DNA of 47,778 nucleotides, counting the filler, from Catajapyx aquilonaris (taxonomy: Eukaryota): the NCBI GenBank assembly GCA_000934665.2. It is 2 parts of 2 records of this genome, joined end to end, with 100 filler letters (N's around TTAATTAATTAA, not from the genome) between each part and the next. Parts side by side here need not be neighbours in the genome. Positions count along the whole stretch, not along the records: positions 1 to 23,751 come from JYFJ02005630.1; 1 more part is not named here. One strand, given 5' to 3'. The notes under the pieces are model-generated. The model was not told the origin of the DNA. It was given only the letters and a program-made list of their open reading frames with translations, and searched no databases. The translations under genes and the position numbers were made by a program. Shown piece by piece: positions 11,290 to 23,851 of the stretch (the stretch's first letter is position 1; every line of letters starts with the position of its first letter).

Positions 11290-12877
11290 CCCCCCCNCCC
11301 CCCGTACATCCCACAAGCTGCAGCCCCTGGACGTGGCTTTCATGTTCCCGTTAAGCACTTATTATAGTCAGGAATGTGCAACATGGCTTCTAAACCATTC
11401 TGGAAGGCCCATAACAATTCACAATGTAGGAGAGATTTTTTGGATCAGCCTATACCTACATGAAGGCAGCAACGCCATTAAATGCTGTAGAAGGTTTCAA
11501 AAAAACACGCGTAAGTTACATCCTTGCAATCCAAATATTTTCCCGGAGCATGAGTTTATAGCGGCTGCCACAACAGAGAGGCCATTGCCCGAATCCCAAC
11601 TTAATTGCTCACTTGACGTCGACGATACTATACTGTCTCTACATCACTGAGCAACTCCTCATTGGCGCACGTATAGCAGAAGAACCAATAGCTGAGCCAT
11701 CTGGTATCCAGAATGCTCCTCAAACCTGTGTCTCTCCTGCAGATGTAATGCTACCAAGAGCTAAGTTATTAGCTCTTGATGCTAAAGCTTAGTTGGTTCC
11801 AGTAGGCCAAAGACAAGGCGGAAAGACCAGCCAGGTGAAACGCAGAAGGAAGGGTGCAACTGCTGTCTTGACTGTCAAAGAACTGGTCGTCAAGATGAAA
11901 GATGCAGCCGGTAGGCCTTTGAAGCAAAGGAAAAATCCCCGAAAAATGCTATTTTTTTGATGACGGAGGACAAGACCTGAAGGACCAGGAAGAACGCAAA
12001 TGCAAGAAGGCGTTTAAAAAGCGAAAGTTGGTGGAAGTATCCAGTGACAGCAGTGACTCAGAGGACCAGGAGTCCATTTTTTGCTGTGGACCGTTCTCCA
12101 AGTCAAAGGCAGGTGAAGGATGGATAACATGCTCCGTATGCAAGAAATGGGCGCACGCGGAATGGACAATTGTTTGATGCCTAAGTAGATGATGAGGCTG
12201 CATACATTTGTGACTTATGCAAACGGTAGACTAAAGTGTAAGATGAGGGGCAGATCAAAGGCGGCTAAGTCCCCCCAAAAAACTGGTCGTAAAATGAGCA
12301 AAAACAGCTGATAATTACTTAACGTTCACTGGTACAATCAAGAGCTAATAATCTTGAAACTTTTTGCGTCCATATGTTGCCACGGCTCAGCTACCTACTC
12401 AAATGTGAATACCCAATGATATTAAAATACATTATTGCTAGACGTATTTGTGTTAACACCCCCCAAAAATGGACTTAGCCGCCTTTGATCTGATGATCTC
12501 AGATGTAAGTTTCATAAAGACTCATAAATTATGTGTCAAATAAAGTTTAAACGTGGCAGATAATTGGAAAAAGTCCTTAATATTACTATACATTCCCGCA
12601 GGACCTGGATCATGAGTGCACTGGTAGCATACAAGCTTCCAGGACTGATTGATCTCATTAAAGCAAAGTCGTTCCGCTTTGCCCGACTACGTGTTCCACT
12701 TTACCCCCGCAGGTGGGGCAAACTCATACGGTAATTGACTTTTGTAATTCATCACTTCAGGTTTTACAGAGGAGACATAAAGGTATTGTGCTGTGCACAT
12801 TAAATCCCATCAAGTTTTTAATCTGATTCGAAAAAAAATAAACATCCTTGAACTGTTCCGCTTCGCCCCACCTTCCC
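11290..12877 (+). mobile_element. Decayed pogo-like DNA transposon: C-terminal DDE transposase half, PHD-type finger and right end
   Basis: Translation gives TSHKLQPLDVAFMFPLSTYY...HPCNPNIFPEHEFIAA with frameshifts, then IFCCGPF...WITCSVCKKWAHAE...YICDLCKR (stop 12227-12229). Subterminal gttccgct/gttccact repeats and terminus gccccaccttccc|TA at 12877. Left end not found. Confidence 0.8.
12245..12500. mobile_element. Sola2-like non-autonomous element (256 bp) nested in the pogo 3' region
   Basis: Perfect 22-bp IR cagatcaaaggcggctaagtcc (12251-12272) / 12471-12492. Termini GAG...CTC. 4-bp TSD agat at 12241-12244 and 12501-12504. Confidence 0.7.
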
Positions 12878-13921
12878 TACATGGTCGAACCGGGCGGGGC
12901 GGGGGCTGAATCTGGACTTTCAGAAAGACAGCCTGAGCCTGAATATCATCTTGACCAAAATCGAAAATATTCGTTTGTCCATTTTGTGCAGGCCGACGTT
13001 AGTGAAAAATATTCGGAAAATTACATGCATTTAAACTTTTAGTTCTAGAGAAAAATCCAAAATAACTTACTGTAAGGCTATGAAAAGTGTATTTACTAAT
13101 GTGTATGTTTCCCTGTATTGAATATTGCAAATCGGCTATTTTGTTATCGGTGTTAGGTCCTTGAACAACCATTGTTGTGATTGACGAAAATTGACATGTT
13201 CCATTCAACACATTAATTTGTCAGGCTGCGCGACGGCTTTACTGGTGTAAATAGCTCCAAACAGTGCAGTGCGTGATGATTCTATTAGCCAAAAAATATA
13301 TTGAGCCATTTAACATTTGGCCGGACTTTTCGGAATATGGACATCTTTCTTGCGATATTGGCTGATGACACTGGCGATTCGACAAATTCCTATGAGATCC
13401 ATGCTTCACTTAGGCATATAATTTCAACAAAGAAGCTATGGATCAGTTGTGTGAACGCAAATTAAGGCTAAAATTATCGATAATGTCAGAGTTATGTATG
13501 TTTTGTGAATACCTATACGTAATCGGAGAGTCAGTTTCTCTATAATAGTATTATTTTGATTTCATACAACCGGTCATAACATGACCGGGTAGTACCCTTC
13601 AAACCTCTTCGCCCGTGTACTCTCCTAGTTATTGCAGCTTATAGCACATACAATAAGTACCGTTCACATTTCCAGTACACACTATCAGGTATTATTAGCA
13701 TAAATATCTTAGTGGACCAAGCAAATGGGTGTTCACCAGTTTAAAAGGCTGCTCCGATTACCGGCACCTTACAGTATTTCAAGCTAATACATGATTTCTA
13801 TCCATGCAAAAGTAACTGATTAAAAGTAAGCAGCTTGTGGGAAAAATCGTTCGCTACTACTAACATTTCAGTTGGAACATCACTTACATCACGCTTTGCA
13901 TATTAAATGAGGCACTGTTTT

Positions 13922-13993
13922 TCTTACTATCATACAACTGTAGTAATAGGTAATAGGTCTTACTATCATACAACTGTAGTAATAGGTAATAGG
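13922..13993. repeat. Perfect 36-bp tandem duplication
   Basis: tcttactatcatacaactgtagtaataggtaatagg occurs twice in tandem. Confidence 0.9.
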
Positions 13994-14438
13994 TCCGGCT
14001 CCTAGCGTAGTCGTGGGCCCGCATAAATGTAGGGGTGATATTTTGAGACACAAACCAGTAACGAGGTAGACGACGATGAACCTTTGGGTGCCCCCTTATA
14101 CAAATGCGGCCACCCACACGACAGCTTTTTATTGGCGATATGGGGAATCAATGTAGGGTGGTTGCCCATTGGGCAGGATAGAAACGTGACATTGAGTACC
14201 GGTAACTATTGAAAGGTCTTTTCCAAGGCGACTTTTGCACAGTAATCAGGATCCTATTCTGCTCCCCGGGCAACCCCTGTACTGTACTAGTACATGCGTG
14301 GGTCTAGCTGCCTGATACCAGTAAAACGTAGACTAGGCTACTATTTATAGAGTGTGTATATAATGTCATGCAGGGGCTCGCTGCTCATGTCGTAATTCCC
14401 GTCCGACACATCTTCGGAACCTCATATTCCAGTTGTGC

Positions 14439-14498
<60 letters not shown>
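14439..14498. repeat. (TTA)n microsatellite
   Basis: About 20 perfect TTA units; the source of the spurious poly-I/poly-L ORFs. Confidence 0.95.
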
Positions 14499-14499
<1 letters not shown>

Positions 14500-15426
14500 G
14501 AGGACAGCAGGTTTCTCCTTGTATGTTGCAGATACGAGGAAAGCTGGTTGAGCAGGTCAACCAGTTTGTATATCTGGGTAGTGTCCTTGAGAGTAATGGT
14601 AGAATGGATGGGGAGATAGACAGGAGAGTTAGTTCTGGGTTGAAAGTGATAGGTGCCACAAGTAGGTTTTCTAGAAATAAGGACTTATCTTCTGCCTGTA
14701 GGTTGTCTGTCTATACCAGCCCCCGGACACTCATACTACCTTCAGATCTTATCACCTGCCGAGGAATTTTGCAGAGGGTGCTCACCTGAGAGCGCCATAG
14801 ACATCCGGAGTCTCCGGATAAGTGGCGACCCTACCGGACTAGGCTGAACTTTATAGGTACGAAAGAGAAGCGCTACATGTGGGCCCAACACGGCCGCCGG
14901 CACCCATGTTGGGTCCCCCAATGTAGCGCTTCCCTTTTGTACTGTACCTATAAAGTTCAGCCTAGTCCGGTAGGGTCGCCACTTATCCGGAGACTCCGGA
15001 TGTCACATGGCGCTCTCAGGTGAGCACCCCCTGCAAAATGCCTCGGCAGGGGGTGGGTGGGAGTGACCAGACCTTACTTATATGACCGTGGTCTATACTC
15101 ACGTTATGGTTCCTTCACTTATGTATGGTAGTGAAGAGTGGGTTTGGTCAGATAGGCATAAGAGTAGGGTGTTGGCTACAGAGATGCGTTATCTCCGGGC
15201 TGTTTGTGGGGTTACTATGTTGGATAGGACTAGGAATGAGGAGATTTTGCAGAGGTGTAACGTTAAGGAGACTGTTAAAGAGAAGGTGTGTAGGTCTACT
15301 CTAAGGTGGTTTGGCCATGTGGAGAGGATGAAGGAGGAGGAGATTGTGAAGAAGGTTTATTTGGGTGAAGTAGTTGGTAAGAGGGGCAAGGGTAGGCCTA
15401 GGAAGACATGGTTGGATTGCTGCTGA
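14499..15426 (+). mobile_element. 5'-truncated RTE-clade LINE fragment (C-terminal reverse-transcriptase region), interrupted at 14717-15090
   Basis: Encodes VEQVNQFVYLGS...GEIDRRV...RLSVYT|HVMVPSLMYGSEEW...EMRYLRAVCGVT...RNEEI...LRWFGHVERM...GKRGKGRPRKTW. The frame rejoins exactly when the insert plus one TSD copy is removed. Confidence 0.9.
14717..15090. mobile_element. 374-bp palindromic non-autonomous DNA element with 8-bp TSD
   Basis: TSD gtctatac at 14709-14716 and 15091-15098. Internal near-perfect inverted arms ~14755-14900 and ~14905-15050; the outer ~40 bp are not complementary. Confidence 0.85.
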
Positions 15427-18400
15427 TTGGATGGTTGGCATCCACTCGCTCCATCCCCGGGATAGGCCCCCACGTATATACCCACATACCCCCGGACAAT
15501 ATATGACTCACATCGAGGACGGGATTTGTTATAACTTGGTTATAAAGGAAATGGAAGCATTTCAAGTAATGCGCACTTCTTCGTTCCCCGAGAGATGGCG
15601 GCCAAATATACATACGGCACGTTATTTCTACCCCTTTAGGCTGCCTTTAGGCAGCATGTACTGTACAACAATTTCAAACATAATAATAATAATAAATTAA
15701 TAATAATAAGATGGGGTTTCGATATCGTGTTGTACTGTACTATCTGTCAAAAAAGTTTTGGACAGACGTACTATATAGCCTAGGCTACTGGCGCCATACA
15801 ACCAGCAGCGCGCTTGTGTCATTCCCCTCCGTAGACTTCACCTTGAGCGAAGGCTAATGGTTGTGTACGTATAGCGGCAGGATAGCAACTATTTTTGACC
15901 AGCTATAGTACATTATGTAGCGATTGTAGCCTGTTCATAATTAGCATAAAAAGGGGAAACTTCCTATTTTTGACCCGCATGTAGCGCGTACGGAGTACAG
16001 TATTTCGTACCAATATAAATGTGTTACATTTTTCCATGTCCACTCACCTCAGGATGCATCGCAGTGTCAACAGCATCATGTCTTATTTCAGGCGTGCTTG
16101 AGAACTGCGCAGGACGCGTATAAAGCGTATATATTCTCATTTCTCAAGCAACGGCCAACGGGTAGGCCTACAATAAAGTATGTAACAATATATTGCCCAA
16201 ATGATAGCTGACCAATTGACCTACAAGATATTGTGTAGGTTTGACATTGAAACGGAGAACATAAACAGAGAGCACAACTGCACGAGGGCGAGCTATTTCT
16301 AGTAACAGTATAGGTCGTGCGACAATGCGATAAGATAATACTTGCATTTTGCTGCGTAATGGGCTATAGTAGAGACTTTCGTATAGTTTATTCGATTACA
16401 GTCTTGAATCCCTCCCCCTCCCCACTTATTGTTACAGTATCATATTTGCATGAATTGTAGTACCACTTCCTCTGTCTCAAAATGTAGTGTTACGTAATAA
16501 TTATTCACGCAGTAGGCCTACCTATTATGGTACAATGCAGTACAAAACAGCCATTGTGTGATAGCAAAAACATGATATAGGCTAGAGTGATGATTCAAAA
16601 CCACCAGACTAAAGAAAACTGAGGTCAGGAACGGGCAGACACGTTATTTACACGGTATGTGCAGTTGACGCACTGTAGGCTATACTTTACAGTACGTTTC
16701 CTTTTACAAATGACATGTAAAAAATTCTTCGCAATATCCCGAAGAAATATACTGTCCTGTTAAAACGCAACACACTCCTATGTGAAAGTTTTTGCTAAAG
16801 TGGAAAATGCATTCCGACACCCAGAACCTTCTAATATATTTTTAAATACTTTAAAAAAATTAATCCAGACCCATCCTATACCATCAGATTCTATGACCCA
16901 CGCCCAGCTCCACTCGACCTTTGCACCATCAGCTCGAATTGATGACCATCATTGAATGACGACCATCATCCGTATATCACACTACACTTAGGTGTAAATA
17001 AAACATCCCATCTCGGCCCCCCTAGTCTGGTCCATCAGATTCCTCAGGGATTCTGCAAACCAGCGGGGTCAAGTGCCCGATTTTCGTTCAAGCTCCGGAA
17101 ACCCCCAGCAGTTCTAGGTCACTGTACAATCCGGCCGGAAGTCATGAATGAATCCAGATCCATCGGTTCCCAGCATCCCATGGCAATGACCTATCAAGAG
17201 TCCACGTCTAGGTGACCCCCCGTCGGAGGCAACCCAACTGTCTGACTCTGACAGAACGTTTGGAAATCGTGGCAACATGGCTCGACCCTTCAGTGACACG
17301 CTCATATCGATTGGGCCAGACTCGCATTGTTTTGTCGCGTCTAGACACTCCCCCGTCCCCCCGACCAATTTCCTTTTTACACACATGGGCTCCTCACCTG
17401 CCCGGTACTACTTCCGGAAGGCTCTCCCACGCCCCTTATATCGCCTACTTATGCACAGAGACGCCTCGTGGATATGTACACCACACTTTCGGAAGCGGTG
17501 TCCGTTGCACCGATGTTTCGAGCCTTCTTTAGCCTTGCCGTCATGTTCCGGGGCGATGGTGCGCAAAAAGGTGGTAGTGACCTCATAACCTCGGAAACCA
17601 GCCACACACGCCCACACCCTGCAATTGATCGTACTTATGGTATGTACAGGGGCAGAACGTGTGTGAACGGTTTCTTAGGGGCCACTTGCTACACATTTGG
17701 GAAAGCGCATAGTCCGGGGAAAGTTATGCTCATCAGTAAACACCAGCCACTTTTTGGCCTAGTAAAATAATCGACCTTCATTTGAAGTTGGCTTGGACCT
17801 CAGAAGTAGCTGTGTGAACACATAATATACCGTCGTATCTGTATCGATGAGAATCTCGCCGACGCGCGACGCTCGCTGCAAGTGGTACTCACAACTATAT
17901 ACGCCAAACATGGGGCTCAATTCCTTAAAAATATATTGTACGTGCGCTGGATATACACACGGAAATAGTAGTGCCTTCGGAATTCATGTGAAGTTGGAGC
18001 ATACATTCTGTTAGCCTACATCTCATGGCAGGATTTGACTGCACTGTAGGTCTAGCCTGGCAGACAGATATGATTACAGGAAGGTACCCTCCCCCTTCCC
18101 CGTCTGTCATTCAGGCCAGCAAAAAACGTGTTGCATAAAGCATATGACTCATAAGAGGGATGTGGGGCATATAGAATCCAGAGCATTCCATACATCCCGT
18201 CTTCTGCGACGTATGCTACCTGCAGTGTCACCCTTGAATCCAGCCATCTCCAGACAGTCCGGCACATCCTTGGGAATCTCCCCACGTGCCGGCCACGTCG
18301 CCTTCCGTCCCAAGGTGTTGCATCAGGCGTACCGTACCGATGATGTCAATCGAACGGTGACCGGACCAGCCATGCATTTTTCATGCCGATGACGTTGCTG

Positions 18401-18449
18401 GATGGGTGCATCATAAGCACACAACCTTGAATGCAGCCGAGGAAAGCAA

Positions 18450-19250
18450 TGTAAAGCTCGCTGCCAGAGGAATTCCGTCCATGGTCGCACGTCGGCGGGG
18501 GCGGGCGGGGGCGCCACACCAGCGACACCCAAACAAATGACTCAGGCCCCTATCCCGCTTCCGTCTGCTTGCGGTCTACTGGAAGACGCCAGCACGTCCA
18601 TGCAAAAAGGCTGATCCGGACCTTCACCCAAAAAATGCAAGTTTAATTGGCTCTGGGTGGGCATGATTGATTGCAGACTAGCCGGAAGGAGGTGTGTGAA
18701 GAAAGGGGTGGGGTGTCCGGAGCTAGGCCACCGCCGCCGCACCCATGTGACAAGTGACAATTTTGTGGCGGCGCACGCGGTGTTGTCGGCTGGTCAGGAC
18801 CTGCCTTCCAAGGCCACCCAAATGTGCCACTCCCACCGGCTGGCTGGTTGTTCAGCGGCGGCCAGGCCGAAGCGAGCGGGGTGTTGGGGGGGGGGGGGGG
18901 GGGNGGGGGGGGGGGGGGGGGGGGCGCCGGTGTGGGAGTGGCCGGCGCAAGGTGCACTCTAAAGGGTTGAGTCTGGGAAGTGCGGCAACACTGGACGGAG
19001 TAGGGGGTGCCTGCCGCCGGGTGGTGGGGCTGGGGCGGTGGGGAGTGCGATGTCTGGGACGTTCGCACGGCCGCCCGTCGGCCTGTCCAGACGGCGGGCT
19101 GGAGCGGAGGCGAGAGGCAGTGAGCTCCACGCGCTGGGACAACTGGCTAGTTCAGGTGAGATGCCGGCTGGGCTGACCTGTTACGCCTGGGTGACCCGAC
19201 TCGGTGGGGCAGGTACGGCTATCAGGTGACATGTAGGCCAGGTTAACCTG
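18450..19250. promoter_or_regulatory. GC/CpG-rich island with long G-run (18886-18924), possible promoter region
   Basis: Visibly high GC and CpG content, GC boxes (ggggcgggcggggg ~18497-18512), and a splice-donor-like CAG|gtaaagtaag at ~19544 downstream. Confidence 0.35.
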
Positions 19251-19845
19251 TGTTGAGAATTAAGCAAATATTTGCTACTAGGTTGCAGGAAGATGACAGC
19301 CCATGTTTGTGCATGCTTTCATTGTTGCAGCCCAATTTGGAAGGCGTTGATTACATGCGTGTGCATTCATCGTTGCAGAAAACGAAGACAGCAGCTGGGG
19401 CCAGCTCTGCATACTGGCCTGAGCGAAATGCATCGTTGTGAACACCATGCAGGAGACTTGGTGCAGCCTTCACCACCCAGCTAGCTTCGCTTCTGCCGGT
19501 GTCAACGCTGTGCGTCTACCGTTCAGGCACGCTGTCACTGCAGGTAAAGTAAGGGCTTATTTTTTGTGGGATGATTCCTGTTGGGTGGTGGTGTAGCTTG
19601 GGTGTTGTGAGGCTTTGGAGCAGGTGATTAGACTAGTGTAATGGCTGATCAGCTTGGTGGGCATGGCGCTTGGTGGATGTGACAGGCTATTGCATTGAGT
19701 CAAGTAATTGATACGGCAGGTTGCGAGTTGCCATGGACAGTACTTACACTAGGGCACAGGTAGAGATAGTGATTTGTGATATTCGGGTAAGGTATATTAA
19801 CTTTTGGTTTTAAAGTGACATGCATCAGCTTTTTATGCTTTAATA

Positions 19846-20116
19846 ATGATTCATAATAATCATAATTCATTTACCCTATGATATGCCTGTTGTCTCTTAG
19901 GGATTCCTGTTTTAAGTTTCCTTCTTTATTAATTGCTGCAGTGCTGATAGATTTTGGTTGTAGGAGGAAATGGGAGAACCTAAAGAAAACCCATGTGAAC
20001 ATAGGAGAGAACCTATGGAAACTTTTTCCATAGGCTATAAGAATCCGACAGGAGTATCAAAGACTGGGTCTGAGGGTTGGGAGGCTGGAGGGCAGCACTA
20101 CACCATTGTGCCCTCC
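19846..20116 (-). mobile_element. Older full-length copy of the V-like tRNA SINE
   Basis: Reverse complement contains ggttctctcctatgttcacatgggttttctttaggttctcccatttcctcctac and the tail ccctaagag...tatcatagggta. 14-bp TSD tttatgctttaata at 19832-19845 and 20117-20130. Confidence 0.8.
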
Positions 20117-20735
20117 TTTATGCTTTAATAGTGCATGGGAATATATTCCAGCAGCCACAGATTCTTTGTCACAACTGTTAGTTAAAATATTAAAATTATA
20201 GGGAATGCAAGAGATTCAATTAAGTCATGTTATAATGTATGACTGTGGGAGGGGAAGGTGATTTTTTTGTGCTATTAATAATTATTTTAGCATTATTTGG
20301 CAAGAATTTGGTTAATGTTAATTGCTCTAAAGGGCCACAACATTGTATATTTCATCTAAGCTTTTTTTGCAAAGAAAGTATTGCCCCCTTTATTCCCATT
20401 AGCCAATCACATACTGTACAACTTCATACATGATTGGCTGGCAGGACGAAGAGGCAGTACTTCCACTGCAAAGTAAGAGTGGATGTGGGTATAGTGCAGA
20501 TAAAAGAGGGAGGCCAAGCGTAGCATGACAGACTGTGACTTACAACGAAGAGAGGGGTGTAGCCCAATGTGACGCCCCACTGAGAGATCACAGTATAGTG
20601 GGTCTTTTTGCCTCACCTTTCCCCCATATGCAAGCCTGTCATATCATCCCCCAAAAGTCAGATTAGGTCTTGCAGTGCAAATTTTGAAACTGCTTTGGAA
20701 CTGGAAAAACTGTGAAAATTGCAAAATTTGTACTA

Positions 20736-20940
20736 CAGGTAAAATCTCGTTACAACTAAGCCCGCGGGACCGGGCAAATCTTTTCGTAATAACGGAATTT
20801 CGTTAAATCGAGACTGGTTCTTTTTATTTCCCCCGCAATGTCTGAATCTGTCAACTCCTGGCACACATGTATGTCGTCATCTGCCGCTACAAAATCGTGG
20901 AAGGTAACTTCATCCGGCACTCCGGTGTTTTTAAAAAAAG
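20736..20940 (-). mobile_element. Tigger-like transposon end with transposase C-terminal remnant
   Basis: TA|CAGGTAAAATCTCGTTACAAC terminus with ttcgtaataac/ttcgttaaatc subterminal motifs. Minus strand encodes GVPDEVTFHDFVAADDDIHVCQELTDSDIA, resembling Tigger/TIGD C-termini. Confidence 0.65.
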
Positions 20941-23751
20941 TACTTCGAGGAGGGCTTCTAAATCAGTGTGATGTACTGTATTATGAGAAGACGGGACATC
21001 CATGACAGTGTGTCATAGGAAAGGGGTTTTTAAAACCTGAAAGTAAGTCTGATTACCCTTTGAGTCAGCCTCCGAGCAGAAATAATAACTTTGTTGGAGA
21101 CTTACCTAACCAGTTGTAACAAGTGGATGAGTCAGAAACTTTTTTATGCACTCTTAATTTTTAAAGCTTCTTGCTCTTGCATAACATGAGCTGCATTTGT
21201 GCTACAAAATATTTTATGTTCCAAATGCATGCAACATTCCTCTGACAAAGAGGGTTAAAAAAATTGCAAATGCAGGATGGCTATGCCACTGACTTGCTGG
21301 TGCTTTTCTAACCGGAAGTTTTTAGTCTGCAAAGAAAATTTATGTGAATGTGCAAGAGGTAGAGGAGGTTGCTGACGCTTGACCCTTCTCATTGCAAGTC
21401 GATGCAGTGCAATTTTATTCTGTCCCTGAAGCTGAAACCCTTTCATTCATGCCACATAATGCCGTAGCTAGGAGAATAAAGACTTCCAAGTACTTGTCTC
21501 CTAAAATTTAAAACAGCAGTGCGAAGAAGGTGTGTAGGTGTAACGCGATTGGGGTCTTGAGTTTGATTCTTGAAATCTGAAAGAGATTTTGCATGTGGGA
21601 AGAGGCTGCCTGGATTCTCAGGTGGCTTGCATGTTTTCTTGGCTTCCTTTGGTTAGCTCAGCATTCATGAATCTGAAATGATTCTCCATAGGGAATTGAC
21701 CCTGTGTGATAAAGTAAGGGCTACTGATGTTTTCACTTTTAGCAAAATGATGCAAGAATATATTGTTTGTCACATAGTTACTATAATGGGAGAATTCAAT
21801 GTAACTGGGCATCCGACTTCCGGTATTAAGAATCCATTTCCAGAAAATTATATTACTAGGTGTCATTAGTTATTTTAATTCAAGTGATGTCATTGCTGAA
21901 AAGTTTACCTGCAAGGATGGAAATATTTGAATTTCACATTTTCAAAGTCCAATTAATAACTGATGACATTCACATTTGCATACCCCATGAAAGTTTATTT
22001 TCCATTATGAACAATGTTGTTCTCTCATGATGCAGAGGCTCATGATGTTTCTGTTCTTATATGCAAATGCAGAAGTATTTACATCACATAATAGAGTGGC
22101 CCTCATTATATAGAATCCTGATTTGTTGAATATGAAACCAAAATTGAGATTGTGACAGTACCTTAGCATGGCTGTCCACAGGTGTTCAATTCTTTACATA
22201 TGCAGTCACTTCCTGTTACTTGAGAAGACCTTGCTAAAACTTTTCAGCGCATATTTTGTCTTGATCTGAAATGTCACTGAACTGCAGTGACAGCCATCTT
22301 ATTGGAAGCAACAGCACTTATTTGTCTCCAATTTAGAATGTGATTACCATGCACTCTAGATTAGTGAGATTACTGCAAGGAGAAGGTCTGCTTTTCATAA
22401 TACGCTTTGCAGTGTTGGAACTAAGGAGTGCATTTCAGAAGAGATCCTGAGAAGGTGCAGTTACTTTTTCAAGCTGCTTTTCAAAAATTTTTATTTCATT
22501 GTTTGTTTTCATGTAGCCTAGGGGTTGTTCTCTGGAAATAATTACTTCCCTCATTTTATCATGGCTCTTGTCTTAATAGGGATCTGCCATGTTTATGCAT
22601 GTATTCTACACATGTATGAAAATTACCTACAGAAAAGTAAAAAGAGTGCAGGGAGTTTGTTGTGCACCTGATGCATGTGTAGAAGAGCATGTCAAATCAA
22701 CTGGCTTCCGCTAGTTCCGCAACATAATTATGGGGCTGGTGCTGTATACATGAGGTGGGAAGCGTGCTGGTCACACAAGGAAAGTCAGGGGGCCCAACTG
22801 CCGTGAAAAAACCTGTACCCTGGCCAATCATACCTGCAATCATGTCCATAACCAAGGGAAGAAGTTCTGTGTCCAGTACTATTACGCTTCATACATATAA
22901 AAATATGGGCCACTGAATATTACCCTTACTCCCAGTTCATGATGACAGTGATGGGCCAAGACCTGGATCACTGTCTTACTAGTTAATTACATTTTTGTTA
23001 TTATAAGAGATGCTTTGAAGGCAAAGCACAGACAGGGAAGAAAAAAAAAAAACAGTTTTAGGAGGAAAGGTAGACCGGTCTTTTAACAAGCAAGTTACCA
23101 AATGCTTACAAACTGCTAATTATAAACTGACTCAGTAGCCTTTGCCTGTCACAGTATGAGAGCAGCTGTTCTTTAATATGGGTCATTTGTTCGCCTAAAC
23201 GCCTAAAGCATTGAATATAGAAACAAAGTGAGGGAAATCTTTGCAAGTTGCCCATTATTTGGACAGATGATTTGGTACATGACAGGATGTACCACAAAGC
23301 TAGGAGCTACCACATGAAGGGCCACATTAGTTAATGGTAACTAAGGAGTGAGCTATTTGCATGGAGAATAACTCTGCAGTTATCCATACTAATGTTCTTT
23401 GTGAGAATGTTTTCTGTCTCCCCTTGAAGCCAAAGCCCTAATAATGCATGCAGGGGTTCCGATGCAGTCCTTCAAATGTGAAGCGAGTGTCGTCCGAAAC
23501 TTTTCTCAGAAGGTGCCGTCCAAGGGCGGCATCCGGTTGGTGTCCCGCGTGACTGATGGCCCATTGATTCCAATGGTACAGAATTATGTAAAGTGATGCC
23601 TCTCTTGATGGGTTCTGAGTGTGTTGGATGGCATACATAGATAGGGTCCAGAGGAACTTTTTGCCCTTGTGCCACACCTTCAGGGAAACCCAGACAAAAG
23701 ATATGTTGCTCTGTGAAGATATATCTTCCCACTCGACTTGGGGGGGGGGGG

Positions 23752-23851
23752 NNNNNNNNNNNNNNNNNNNNNNNNNNNNNNNNNNNNNNNNNNNNTTAAT
23801 TAATTAANNNNNNNNNNNNNNNNNNNNNNNNNNNNNNNNNNNNNNNNNNNN
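23752..23851. other. Artificial 100-bp assembly spacer
   Basis: 44 N + TTAATTAATTAA (23796-23807; stop codons in all six frames) + 44 N. Confidence 0.95.

Noticed and set aside
16950..19250. Cluster of overlapping ORFs, including a minus frame 17617-17114 with a single stop
   Set aside because: No recognisable domain, and ORFs on both strands are expected in GC-rich DNA. Needs a homology search before any call.
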